A stretch of 64,000 bases of DNA from Fidelibacterota bacterium. Its GTDB lineage: Bacteria; Fidelibacterota; Marinisomatia; Marinisomatales; Marinisomataceae. Of the stretch, positions 27,384 to 35,771 are shown piece by piece. Made by a program: the position numbers and the translations under genes. A model generated the notes under the pieces. It made no database searches and was not told the DNA's origin. It worked only from the letters and a program-made list of their open reading frames with translations. How positions within the stretch are numbered: position 1 is the stretch's first letter; the number at the start of each line of letters is the position of its first letter. The stretch lies in NCBI GenBank assembly GCA_016777965.1, contig JADHQL010000001.1, forward strand, positions 3,451-67,450. Reading direction: 5' to 3'.

Positions 27384-27611
27384 ATGAGCAATCAAAAAGA
27401 ACCACATGTATTAGATATTAAAAAAGATAAGAATTATGCTTGGTGTCAGTGTAATGAATCTGATACTCAGCCATTTTGTGATGGAAGTCATGCTAAAACA
27501 GATCATCAACCAATCGTATTTAAAGCAGATGCTTCAAAAGAAGTAGCACTTTGTGGTTGTAAACAATCTAAAAATGCACCATATTGCGATGGAACGCATT
27601 TAACATTATAA
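27384..27611 (+). CDS. CDGSH iron-sulfur domain protein (two motifs, MiNT-like), copy 2
   Basis: 'WCQCNESDTQPFCDGSH' and 'LCGCKQSKNAPYCDGTH'; AAAGGA RBS before ATG 27384. Confidence 0.93.
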   Translation: MSNQKEPHVLDIKKDKNYAWCQCNESDTQPFCDGSHAKTDHQPIVFKADASKEVALCGCKQSKNAPYCDGTHLTL

Positions 27612-27613
27612 AT

Positions 27614-27979
27614 ATGACCATAGATTTAACATATTACAGGACATTTGTACTATTTGTAGCACGAATAGTATTAGCAGCAATTATCTTTAAAGCTGGCATC
27701 AATAAGTTGCCAGTTTATGAGGTAGGAGGTCTTGTAAAACAATTGCCTGAATTTCTTCGATATTTAGTAGTACTGTTTGAGATTGTTGGACCTATATTTC
27801 TTCTTTTAGGAATCAGATTTAATCAACTTCAAATTCTTGGGGCAGCTATGATTGCGGTTGTGATGTTAGGAGCGAGTAGTATGAAATACTTTGTTGCTGG
27901 AAGTGCACTAATATCCAGTGGTACAATGTATCCATTTGCATTATGTTTATTGGCCTTGATTTTTCTTACTGAAGAATAA
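27614..27979 (+). CDS. DoxX-family membrane protein
   Basis: Four hydrophobic segments; 'ARIVLAAIIFKAG..K', 'FEIVGPIFLLLG'. Confidence 0.75.
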   Translation: MTIDLTYYRTFVLFVARIVLAAIIFKAGINKLPVYEVGGLVKQLPEFLRYLVVLFEIVGPIFLLLGIRFNQLQILGAAMIAVVMLGASSMKYFVAGSALISSGTMYPFALCLLALIFLTEE

Positions 27980-28018
27980 TTTAATGTTTATATTCGCGTT
28001 TACTTTAAGTGGGAAAAT

Positions 28019-28423
28019 GTGAAAAAAACTATCTTTTCAGTACTAGTTGTAATTTTATTTGCTGTTTTTGTTCAAGAGATAATAGTTGAGCAAGATATAC
28101 GCAAGGCAATTGTTTCCTATAACGATAATCCAACTTTTACTAAAGAAACGATTATAGAGGAAGATTTTAACGGTGCAGCAATTACCATTTTTACTGCTAC
28201 ATGGTGTGGATATTGTAAGGGAGCCAAGCAGTTGCTTAATGAAAAAGAGATAACTTACTTTGAAGTAGATGTAGAAGAATACAATATTTCAAAACGTAAA
28301 TTAAAAGAAATTGGTATTGAAGACTTTTTTGTCCCTCAAATCTTTGTAGATGGAGTACCAATCGGTGGATTTTCAGATCTTAAAAAAATTTTTGGTAGCA
28401 ATATGCCTGTTCCAGAAGTATAA
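28019..28423 (+). CDS. Glutaredoxin with N-terminal hydrophobic anchor/signal
   Basis: 'IFTATWCGYCKGAKQLL', 'VPQIFVDG..IGGFSDL'. Confidence 0.88.
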   Translation: MKKTIFSVLVVILFAVFVQEIIVEQDIRKAIVSYNDNPTFTKETIIEEDFNGAAITIFTATWCGYCKGAKQLLNEKEITYFEVDVEEYNISKRKLKEIGIEDFFVPQIFVDGVPIGGFSDLKKIFGSNMPVPEV

Positions 28424-28464
28424 TTATGAAGTTTTTAATATAGTTTTAGGGGGAAAATAAAACT

Positions 28465-29250
28465 TTGTTTGTATCAACTTATTTAGTAAAAAATGAAACA
28501 AATCTATGTGAATTAATAAGCAACATAGACTCCTTATATCGGAATGACGGGATAACAATACATTCAGATCGAAATACAACTAAAAAAATTGAATTCAATG
28601 GAAGGTTATTTGCAGTTAAATCGTTCCAATCACCTAATTTTTTACAACGTATTGCCTATGCAAACTTTAGAAAGCCTAAGGCACAACGTTCTTTAGAGTT
28701 TTCCTTAAAATTGCTTGAGGCTGGATTACATTCTCCGAAGCCGATTGGGTATATTGTAACTAAGCATTCTATGCAAATCCATGAAAGTTTTTATATTACT
28801 GAATATCATGACTATGATTTTGATCTCGTTCCAGTCTTTGAACAGTTTGACAGTCATTTAAAATTAATTGAAAAGTTTATTAAGACTATTATTCATATGC
28901 ATGATAACAATATTTATCATCACGATTTAACTAAAAGAAATATATTAATTACTCCTTCTTCAAAGCATGTATTTAGCTTTGTAGACAATAATAGAATGTC
29001 TTTTGTTGAAATGTCCTTAAAAATGAGAATGGAGTCATTGTCAAAGCTGTCAAATAACGTAAAGGAATTACATGCATTAGCAAACCTATATGGAAAGCAT
29101 TCTAATTATAGCTCACAACGATGTATAGATTTTATAGATAAAGGATTCAGAAAAAGCCAACGCTATAAAAACGTTAAAAAATTTCTTAAGGGAAACAAAA
29201 AAGGCGCCTTCGACGCGACGCCTTTTTCTACTCGAGGTAATCAGAGATAA
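28465..29250 (+). CDS. Lipopolysaccharide kinase-like protein (Kdo/WaaP/InaA family)
   Basis: 'AVKSF', 'FRKPKAQRS', 'HHDLTKRNIL', 'FVDNNRM'. Confidence 0.8.
   Translation: MFVSTYLVKNETNLCELISNIDSLYRNDGITIHSDRNTTKKIEFNGRLFAVKSFQSPNFLQRIAYANFRKPKAQRSLEFSLKLLEAGLHSPKPIGYIVTKHSMQIHESFYITEYHDYDFDLVPVFEQFDSHLKLIEKFIKTIIHMHDNNIYHHDLTKRNILITPSSKHVFSFVDNNRMSFVEMSLKMRMESLSKLSNNVKELHALANLYGKHSNYSSQRCIDFIDKGFRKSQRYKNVKKFLKGNKKGAFDATPFSTRGNQR
29197..29227. terminator. Bidirectional terminator-like hairpin inside the 3' end of the kinase ORF
   Basis: AAAAAAGGCG...CGCCTTTTT with A- and T-tracts, located where two genes converge. Confidence 0.7.
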
Positions 29251-29253
29251 CTA

Positions 29254-29757
29254 TTATTGTATGTTGTAAGCAAGACTCTCGTCATTTTCGACTTGACTGA
29301 GTTGTGGTTCAGTCTCGTCAATTAGTATTTCTTCCACAGCAACTTCCGTATCTAATACTTCAAATACTTCATCTGCATAATTGGTAGAATAAAGATTTCC
29401 ATTCCATTCAAACGTATTTCCAGGTCCTAGTTCATTTCTAGCTGCTAAAAATGCGACATTAAAGGAGGGTACAGGGGTCGTTTCAATTACTTCTAGTGAT
29501 TCAACATTATTGTGAAATGTTGGCACTGTTTCAGTAGCCATGGCTTCATCATTGACTGAATTACCCATATTGGTGTTATTAACTAATGAGGTAATCTCTA
29601 CATCCACAGTGCCTTCATCAAAAAAGCTTTCTGAGATATTATCGGATAGTTCTACTTCTTCGGATTGATCCATGAGAAAAAACAAGGAACCGATACACAA
29701 AATTACACCTGCTAACACGAATTTTTCAACATTATTATACATATTTTTTAACTCCAT
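29254..29757 (-). CDS. Acidic membrane-anchored hypothetical protein
   Basis: N-terminal TM; acidic low-complexity linker; compact motif 'SFNVAFLAARNELGPGNTFEWNGNLYSTNY'. Confidence 0.75.
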   Translation of the reverse strand: MELKNMYNNVEKFVLAGVILCIGSLFFLMDQSEEVELSDNISESFFDEGTVDVEITSLVNNTNMGNSVNDEAMATETVPTFHNNVESLEVIETTPVPSFNVAFLAARNELGPGNTFEWNGNLYSTNYADEVFEVLDTEVAVEEILIDETEPQLSQVENDESLAYNIQ

Positions 29758-29837
29758 TTGTTATGCCTCTTAATATCGCTTTCATAGCCTATGTACATTT
29801 AATTTTCATTTTTGTTTCAATGTTTGTAACTTTTAAT

Positions 29838-30839
29838 ATGGAAAAAGTATTTGTCAGTGGTGGATCAGGGTTTATATCTCTTCATTTGATTTCAAAGCTC
29901 ATTCAAGAAGGATATCAAGTAAGAACGTCTTTACGCTCTTTAGATCGTAAACAAGAAGTGATTGATGCGGCGGAAAAAGAAGTATCCACAGTAGGCATGC
30001 TTGAATTCTGTGAACTTGATTTATTAAAAGATGAAGGATGGGATGAAGCAGTTGCTGGATGCGATTATGTGCAACATATTGCCTCACCAATCCCAACTAC
30101 CAACTCCAATGATTATGATATTGTGGTTAAACCTGCGGTAAATGGCATAAAACGATGCCTTAACGCAGCCTTAAAGAACAATATCAAACGTTTTGTCATG
30201 ACATCTTCTGTTGCATCGGTAGGAGGGTCTAATCATAAAAATGAATATGATGATACTGATTGGACGGATTTAACCATGGATGTAGGTCCGTATCAAACCA
30301 GTAAAACCAAAGCAGAGCAATATTTATGGGACTTTATGAAAGAACATGAAGGGAAGACCGACATGGAAGCAGTAGCTATTAATCCTTCTATGGTCTTTGG
30401 TAATTCACTATCAGATGATATTGGTGCTTCAAATCTTGTTATAAAGCGCTTAATTGATGGATCCATGCCTTTCACCTTAAATATTTGTATTAATATCGTT
30501 CATATTAAAGATGTTGCTGATATGCACTTTGAGGCGATGATTAATGACAAAGCACCTGGTAAACGTTTTATTGCATCTAATAACCATATGTTTTTCCCTG
30601 AAATTGCTAAAGTACTAAATGATAATGGCTTTAAAGCACCTAAAAGAAATTTACCGACCTTCTTAGCCAGAATATTAGGCAAGTTTGATAAGCAATTATC
30701 GTTCTTTCTAAAAGACATCGATATTTTGCGTATTTATCACTCTAATAACGCCCGAGATATTCTAGGGTGGAAGTTTCGATCTTCAGAGTCTGCAATTGTA
30801 GACGCTGCTACACAAATCGATGCATTGTTGAAAAATTAG
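29838..30839 (+). CDS. NAD-dependent epimerase/dehydratase (dihydroflavonol reductase/aldehyde reductase-like extended SDR)
   Basis: 'VFVSGGSGFI', 'HIASP', 'TSSVAS', 'YQTSK', 'AINPSMVFG'; start moved to ATG 29838. Confidence 0.9.
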   Translation: MEKVFVSGGSGFISLHLISKLIQEGYQVRTSLRSLDRKQEVIDAAEKEVSTVGMLEFCELDLLKDEGWDEAVAGCDYVQHIASPIPTTNSNDYDIVVKPAVNGIKRCLNAALKNNIKRFVMTSSVASVGGSNHKNEYDDTDWTDLTMDVGPYQTSKTKAEQYLWDFMKEHEGKTDMEAVAINPSMVFGNSLSDDIGASNLVIKRLIDGSMPFTLNICINIVHIKDVADMHFEAMINDKAPGKRFIASNNHMFFPEIAKVLNDNGFKAPKRNLPTFLARILGKFDKQLSFFLKDIDILRIYHSNNARDILGWKFRSSESAIVDAATQIDALLKN

Positions 30840-30894
30840 TATACTTAATAAATATAAACATAATTCTAAAGGAGATTACATAATATATTTGTAG

Positions 30895-30922
30895 TTTACG
30901 CATAATACATATTATGTATAAT
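30895..30922 (+). other. dif: Chromosomal dif site (XerC/XerD dimer-resolution site): TTTACGCATAA-TACATA-TTATGTATAAT
   Basis: 11-6-11 layout matching E. coli dif GGTGCGCATAA-TGTATA-TTATGTTAAAT (CGCATAA and TTATGT conserved); intergenic; coincides with the gene-orientation switch. Confidence 0.82.
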
Positions 30923-30931
30923 TAATTATAT

Positions 30932-31600
30932 ATGAATAATAAACTAGGAAAATCAACAAGACTAATGCTTCTTACCTACCTCGGTTTATTGGCTTCAGCA
31001 GGTTTTTTCTATGGTGGCGGTAATTATGTCGACAAAACTACTCCCTATTACAATTTCTTTAGAAATTTTATAAGCGATCTTGGCCGTACAACAAGTCATT
31101 CTGGTGATGATAATACCATATCAATTATTTTATTCTCAATTGGTATGATTGTTCAATTAATTGCAGTTTTAATATATCTTGTTAAAGCAGCTAATTATTT
31201 TTCTAGTGAGTACCCTAAAATTAGTTTATTCGCAAAATGTTCTGCAATTTTTGGCTCTATAAGTCTTTTAGGGGTCATTTTAACACCAGCAGATGTTCCT
31301 TCGTTATATGCTTTACATATTTTCTTTGCAAATTCAGTATTTAACGGTGCTTTTGTAACATTAGGTATATATTCTTACTTATTTTACTATAAAGGTCTTA
31401 AATACGTCACTTATACCCTATTTTTATGTTCCTTAATCATTCTTGGATATATAATATTTCTTGAAATTGGTCCTGAGCCATGGAAATCAATTCAATCACT
31501 TACTTTTCATGCAACCTATCAAAAGGTAGCTGTTTTAAGCTTAATTGGAACAGTTTGGATTATGTCTAAAGGTACAGATCTACTTGACGACAAAATTTAA
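30932..31600 (+). CDS. Multi-pass membrane protein (DUF998-like)
   Basis: About 6 TM segments; '[12 protein letters not shown]', 'ALHIFFA', 'QKVAV'. Confidence 0.7.
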   Translation: MNNKLGKSTRLMLLTYLGLLASAGFFYGGGNYVDKTTPYYNFFRNFISDLGRTTSHSGDDNTISIILFSIGMIVQLIAVLIYLVKAANYFSSEYPKISLFAKCSAIFGSISLLGVILTPADVPSLYALHIFFANSVFNGAFVTLGIYSYLFYYKGLKYVTYTLFLCSLIILGYIIFLEIGPEPWKSIQSLTFHATYQKVAVLSLIGTVWIMSKGTDLLDDKI

Positions 31601-34021
31601 AAGTCTGTTTGGTACATAAATTGTTTTTACAACATTTCCTACGGATGTGAATTTTTCGACATTTTCTAAGGACAGAGCTTCAGAAATAACATCTTTTTCA
31701 GCTGAATCTTTAGCAACGTTAATATTAGCTCTAAGCTTTCCATTTACTTGGACAGCAATAGTAACTTCATCTAATTGTATCAAATTTTCGTCAAACTGTG
31801 GCCATGGCTGGTATGTAATAGTTTCAGAATGACCTAGCAAACTCCAAAACTCTTCTGAAAGATGTGGGATAAATGGGCTTAATATGATTGCTAGCTCCTC
31901 AATAAGTTCTTTAGAAATTGTATTACATTTCTGTAAATGATTACAATAAATCATTAGTTGAGATATTGCAGTATTAAAATGTAGATTTTCGATATCTTCG
32001 CCTATTTTTTTAATTGTTTGATGGTGTAAAAATAATGTGTCTTTATCCTTTTCATCACTATCTACTATCTTCGACGACAAATTACCATTTTCATCAACAA
32101 TAATTGACCATAATTTATTTACAAATCTATAGCATCCTTGTAAACCTTTTGTACTCCAAGGCTTTGATTTGTTTAAGGGACCCATAAACATCTCATAAAG
32201 CCTCATCGAATCTGAGCCGTATTCATCAATAATATCTTCTGGATTTATTACATTCCCTCTAGATTTACTCATTTTTGTACCATCATCTCCTAAAATCATT
32301 CCCTGATTATATAATTTTTTAAATGGTTCTTTGGTCGATACTAGGCCTAAATCGTATAAAACATGATGCCAAAATCTAGAGTATAATAAATGCAGTACTG
32401 CATGCTCTTGTCCGCCAATATATAAATCTACCGGCATCCAATAGTTTTCTTTTTCTTTTGACCATGCCTCATTTGTATTGTTAGGATCTGTAAATCTTAA
32501 AAAATACCAACAAGATCCAGCCCATTGAGGCATAGTATTTGTTTCTCTAAGTCCAATAATATTACCATTTTCATCTTTTACTTCAACCCAATTTTTAACT
32601 AATGATAATGGAGATTTACCATCATCTGATGGCTTATAATTTTCAACTTCAGGAAGCATTACTGGCAAATCCGTTTCTTGAATTAACTCTACTGAATCTT
32701 CCTTATAAATTAATGGAAAAGGCTCTCCCCAATATCTTTGTCTAGAAAATAACCAATCTCTTAATTTGTAATTAACTGTGGCTTTTCCTATTGCATTTTT
32801 TTCAATAAATGAAATTGCTTTTTTAATAGCTTGATCTACACTTAATCCGTCCATGGATAAGGTTATATTGCTTGAAGAATTAATAATTTTGGCACTACCT
32901 TTTGCAGTGTATGCAGCTTTTGATACATCTCCACCTTCTACAACTTCTACAATTGGAAGATTATATTTTGATGCAAACTCCCAATCTCTTTCATCGTGAC
33001 CAGGAACTGCCATAATTGCGCCAGTGCCATAACTTATCAACACATAGTCAGCTATCCATATTTCAATTCTTTCTTTACTGAAGGGATTTATTGCATAACT
33101 ACCTGTGAAAACACCAGTTTTATCCTTATTAACTTCTGTTCTATCAAAATCTGATTTCTTTTTTGTTTCCTCAATATAAGCTTCTACTTTGGATCTTTGC
33201 TCTTCTGTGACAATTGAATGAATTAAAGTATGTTCTGGAGCTAAAACCATATAAGATGCTCCGAAAAGAGTGTCAGGTCTTGTAGTGTATACATTGATAG
33301 TATCATTATGTCCATCAATATCAAACTCTAACTCAACCCCCTCTGATTTACCAATCCAATTTTTTTGAAGTTCTTTAATATTTTCTGGCCAATCTAAATC
33401 ATCTAATCCATCAAGTAATGACTCTGCATAGTCAGTAATCTTTAAAATCCATTGTCTCATTGGTAATCTTACTACAGGATGTCCGCCAATATCTGATTTT
33501 CCGTTTACAACTTCTTCGTTAGCAAGGACTGCTTTTAGTTCAGGGCACCAATTAACAGCAACCTCTTGCTCATAAGCTAAACCTTTATTATAAAGTTGCA
33601 TAAAAATCCATTGAGTCCATTTGTAGTAATTAGGATCAGTTGTATTTATTTCTCTTGACCAATCATAAGAAAATCCAAGGCTATTAATCTGTTTTTTAAA
33701 ATTTGAAACATTCTGATGAGTTGTTTTTTTAGGATGAGTACCTGTTTTTATAGCATATTGCTCTGCTGGTAAGCCAAACGCATCCCAACCCATAGGATGA
33801 AGCACATTAAAACCTTTCATGCGCTTGTAACGTGCTACAATATCCGTTGCTACGTATCCTAAAGCATGACCAACATGCAATCCTGTCCCAGACGGATAAG
33901 GAAACATATCTAAAACGTAATATTTAGGTTTATTGGTAGAGATATCCTCAGACTTAAAAGTTCGATTTTCAGACCAAAATTTTTGCCATTTACTCTCTAT
34001 GGATTTATGATTGTAGCTCAA
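31580..34021 (-). CDS. leuS: Leucine--tRNA ligase
   Basis: 'MFPYPSG', HVGH, 'TTRPDTLFG', 'GTGAIMAVP', 'SRQRYWG', KMSKS. Confidence 0.98.
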   Translation of the reverse strand: MSYNHKSIESKWQKFWSENRTFKSEDISTNKPKYYVLDMFPYPSGTGLHVGHALGYVATDIVARYKRMKGFNVLHPMGWDAFGLPAEQYAIKTGTHPKKTTHQNVSNFKKQINSLGFSYDWSREINTTDPNYYKWTQWIFMQLYNKGLAYEQEVAVNWCPELKAVLANEEVVNGKSDIGGHPVVRLPMRQWILKITDYAESLLDGLDDLDWPENIKELQKNWIGKSEGVELEFDIDGHNDTINVYTTRPDTLFGASYMVLAPEHTLIHSIVTEEQRSKVEAYIEETKKKSDFDRTEVNKDKTGVFTGSYAINPFSKERIEIWIADYVLISYGTGAIMAVPGHDERDWEFASKYNLPIVEVVEGGDVSKAAYTAKGSAKIINSSSNITLSMDGLSVDQAIKKAISFIEKNAIGKATVNYKLRDWLFSRQRYWGEPFPLIYKEDSVELIQETDLPVMLPEVENYKPSDDGKSPLSLVKNWVEVKDENGNIIGLRETNTMPQWAGSCWYFLRFTDPNNTNEAWSKEKENYWMPVDLYIGGQEHAVLHLLYSRFWHHVLYDLGLVSTKEPFKKLYNQGMILGDDGTKMSKSRGNVINPEDIIDEYGSDSMRLYEMFMGPLNKSKPWSTKGLQGCYRFVNKLWSIIVDENGNLSSKIVDSDEKDKDTLFLHHQTIKKIGEDIENLHFNTAISQLMIYCNHLQKCNTISKELIEELAIILSPFIPHLSEEFWSLLGHSETITYQPWPQFDENLIQLDEVTIAVQVNGKLRANINVAKDSAEKDVISEALSLENVEKFTSVGNVVKTIYVPNRLLNFVVK

Positions 34022-34023
34022 AT

Positions 34024-34569
34024 TTAATAGAAGTTCTTAATTTGCTTCATCCAATCTAGAATAATTGCATTTACATCAATTGGTTGATTATTTGAGGAGC
34101 CATAACCCATATTATTTGAAGTTGTGCTTCCAAAAGCATTAGTCATTGGTCCACTATATTCATCATCTGCAAGCACTTGATTTGCTTGAAATTTAGCAAA
34201 CACTTTCTTGGTATTTGGATCTCTAAAAATAATTGATGAAGTTTTTGGGTCTGCAGTTGAGCCGTAATATGGGTCGAAATTAAAATCTTCAAAGTTGATT
34301 AAAACTTCCATATCCCCATCTGTTTCAGGAGGTAATATTTCAAAACCAATTTTAACTAATTCAGATTGCAATGATTGTATATGTTCAACCATAAAAGGAT
34401 CTTGAATATAATCATTAATAAACTCTTCGATTTTATTTGTCTGACTAAGCTTTACTTTTTTTCTTCTGAACTGTCCATTCAGGTCTGTCGTAAAGACAAA
34501 TAACATTAATAAAGCCAGTAGATATGTATAATTTTTAAGCTTAATTATGTTCTCAATTAAATAGCGCAT
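34024..34569 (-). CDS. Hypothetical exported protein
   Basis: 181-aa ORF with N-terminal hydrophobic segment, between msrA and leuS. Confidence 0.6.
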   Translation of the reverse strand: MRYLIENIIKLKNYTYLLALLMLFVFTTDLNGQFRRKKVKLSQTNKIEEFINDYIQDPFMVEHIQSLQSELVKIGFEILPPETDGDMEVLINFEDFNFDPYYGSTADPKTSSIIFRDPNTKKVFAKFQANQVLADDEYSGPMTNAFGSTTSNNMGYGSSNNQPIDVNAIILDWMKQIKNFY

Positions 34570-35099
34570 CCTTCTATTCCTCTTTTTTTGTAATAATCTT
34601 GATGATAATCTTCTGCATTGTAAAAATCAGAAATAGCTTCAATCTCGGTTACAATCTTAGAAGTAAACTTTCCTGATTCATTTAATTCATTAATTTTTCT
34701 TTCAATAATTTGTTTTTCATCATCGTTAGAAAAATATGCAGCTGAACGATATTGAGTGCCTATATCTGGGCCTTGACGATTTAATGTGGTAGGATCATGA
34801 AGCTCAAAGAAAGTATCTAACAGTTTTTCAAAAGTAATTTCATTAGGATTATACTCAATCTCTACTGCTTCGGCATGACCTGTTAATCCAGTACACACCA
34901 GTTCATATGAAGGATTTTTAACTTTTCCACCTATATATCCTACTGTTGTAGATTTCACTCCATCCATTTGTTGAAATGTAGATTCAACCCCCCAAAAACA
35001 ACCAGCTGCAAATACAGCTTTTTTATTCTCTGTGTCATTTGCCATTACTAACCCCGTTATTGAAATAAAAATTGCTAAATATGTTTTAATTTTTATCAT
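34557..35099 (-). CDS. msrA: Peptide-methionine (S)-S-oxide reductase with N-terminal signal peptide
   Basis: 'AAGCFWGVE', 'TGHAE', 'HDPTTLNRQG.DIGTQYRS', 'AEDYHQDY'. Confidence 0.96.
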   Translation of the reverse strand: MIKIKTYLAIFISITGLVMANDTENKKAVFAAGCFWGVESTFQQMDGVKSTTVGYIGGKVKNPSYELVCTGLTGHAEAVEIEYNPNEITFEKLLDTFFELHDPTTLNRQGPDIGTQYRSAAYFSNDDEKQIIERKINELNESGKFTSKIVTEIEAISDFYNAEDYHQDYYKKRGIEGCAI

Positions 35100-35223
35100 A
35101 TGTGTAATAAAAGTATGCTCCTATAATGCTCATTGGAATCGATAGAACTGTACCGATTACTGGTATTAAAAAAGATGCCAAAAATATACCAATACCAACA
35201 ATTATTGTATTGAAAATACGCAC
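35086..35223 (-). CDS. Small membrane protein, 45 aa (MRIFNTIIVGIGIFLASFLIPVIGTVLSIPMSIIGAYFYYTYDKN)
   Basis: GTG start with AAAGG RBS 6 nt upstream; strongly hydrophobic; overlaps msrA start; below ORF-track cutoff. Confidence 0.65.
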   Translation of the reverse strand: MRIFNTIIVGIGIFLASFLIPVIGTVLSIPMSIIGAYFYYTYDKN

Positions 35224-35304
35224 AATTAACCTTTCTTAATAAAAATTCTTTTAATATTTCGCATTTTCACATAAAAAATTAAGAAAAAATATAAATTAAT
35301 TAAA

Positions 35305-35335
35305 TAAAAAAGCCTCTCAACAACTGAGAGGCTTT
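35305..35335 (-). terminator. Rho-independent terminator after the merR-family gene
   Basis: Stem AAAGCCTCTCA / TGAGAGGCTTT with U-tract on the minus strand. Confidence 0.85.
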
Positions 35336-35362
35336 GGTGGCTACCATAATAGACTCTCACCC

Positions 35363-35710
35363 TTAGTGTCTATTTAGTATATTTAAAATATTCTTTAATT
35401 CATTTTTAATCTCATTTAAAGCTGATACTTGAGTATTAGATAATGATTTTTCTGGTAAAGTTTTAGTTGATCTGTTTTTAAGCTCTTCAACCGCTCCTTT
35501 AATAGTAAATTTTTTATCATAAAGCAATTTCTTAATATCAAGTATTACTTGAATATCTTGCTTTTTATAGGTCCTATTTCCAGCCTTATTCTTTGATGGT
35601 TTTAATGAAGGAAATTCAGATTCCCAATACCTTAACACGTAAGGCTTAAGCTCCGTCATTTCACTTACTTTTTTAATACTATAATAGAGTTTTGATTTTG
35701 ATTCAAGCAT
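35363..35710 (-). CDS. MerR-family HTH transcriptional regulator
   Basis: 'YYSIKKVSEM..LKPYVLRYWESEF..LKP.K...GNRTY', 'LLYDKKFTIKGA'. Confidence 0.9.
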   Translation of the reverse strand: MLESKSKLYYSIKKVSEMTELKPYVLRYWESEFPSLKPSKNKAGNRTYKKQDIQVILDIKKLLYDKKFTIKGAVEELKNRSTKTLPEKSLSNTQVSALNEIKNELKNILNILNRH

Positions 35711-35771
35711 TGCTTTAATATTATATAAAAAATATAATTAAAGCGATACTTTAAATAAAAAATATAGATAT

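Noticed and set aside
26035-35099. Selenocysteine recoding in redox genes (AhpD-like, glutaredoxin, MsrA)
   Set aside because: Active sites are encoded by ordinary Cys codons and no in-frame TGA was seen
35334-35362. tRNA/tmRNA 3'-end or FMN-riboswitch fragment (minus strand GGGTGAGAGTC...GCCACCA)
   Set aside because: No TTCG T-loop or upstream arms; the upstream sequence is merR coding DNA; most likely a 3' UTR before the terminator
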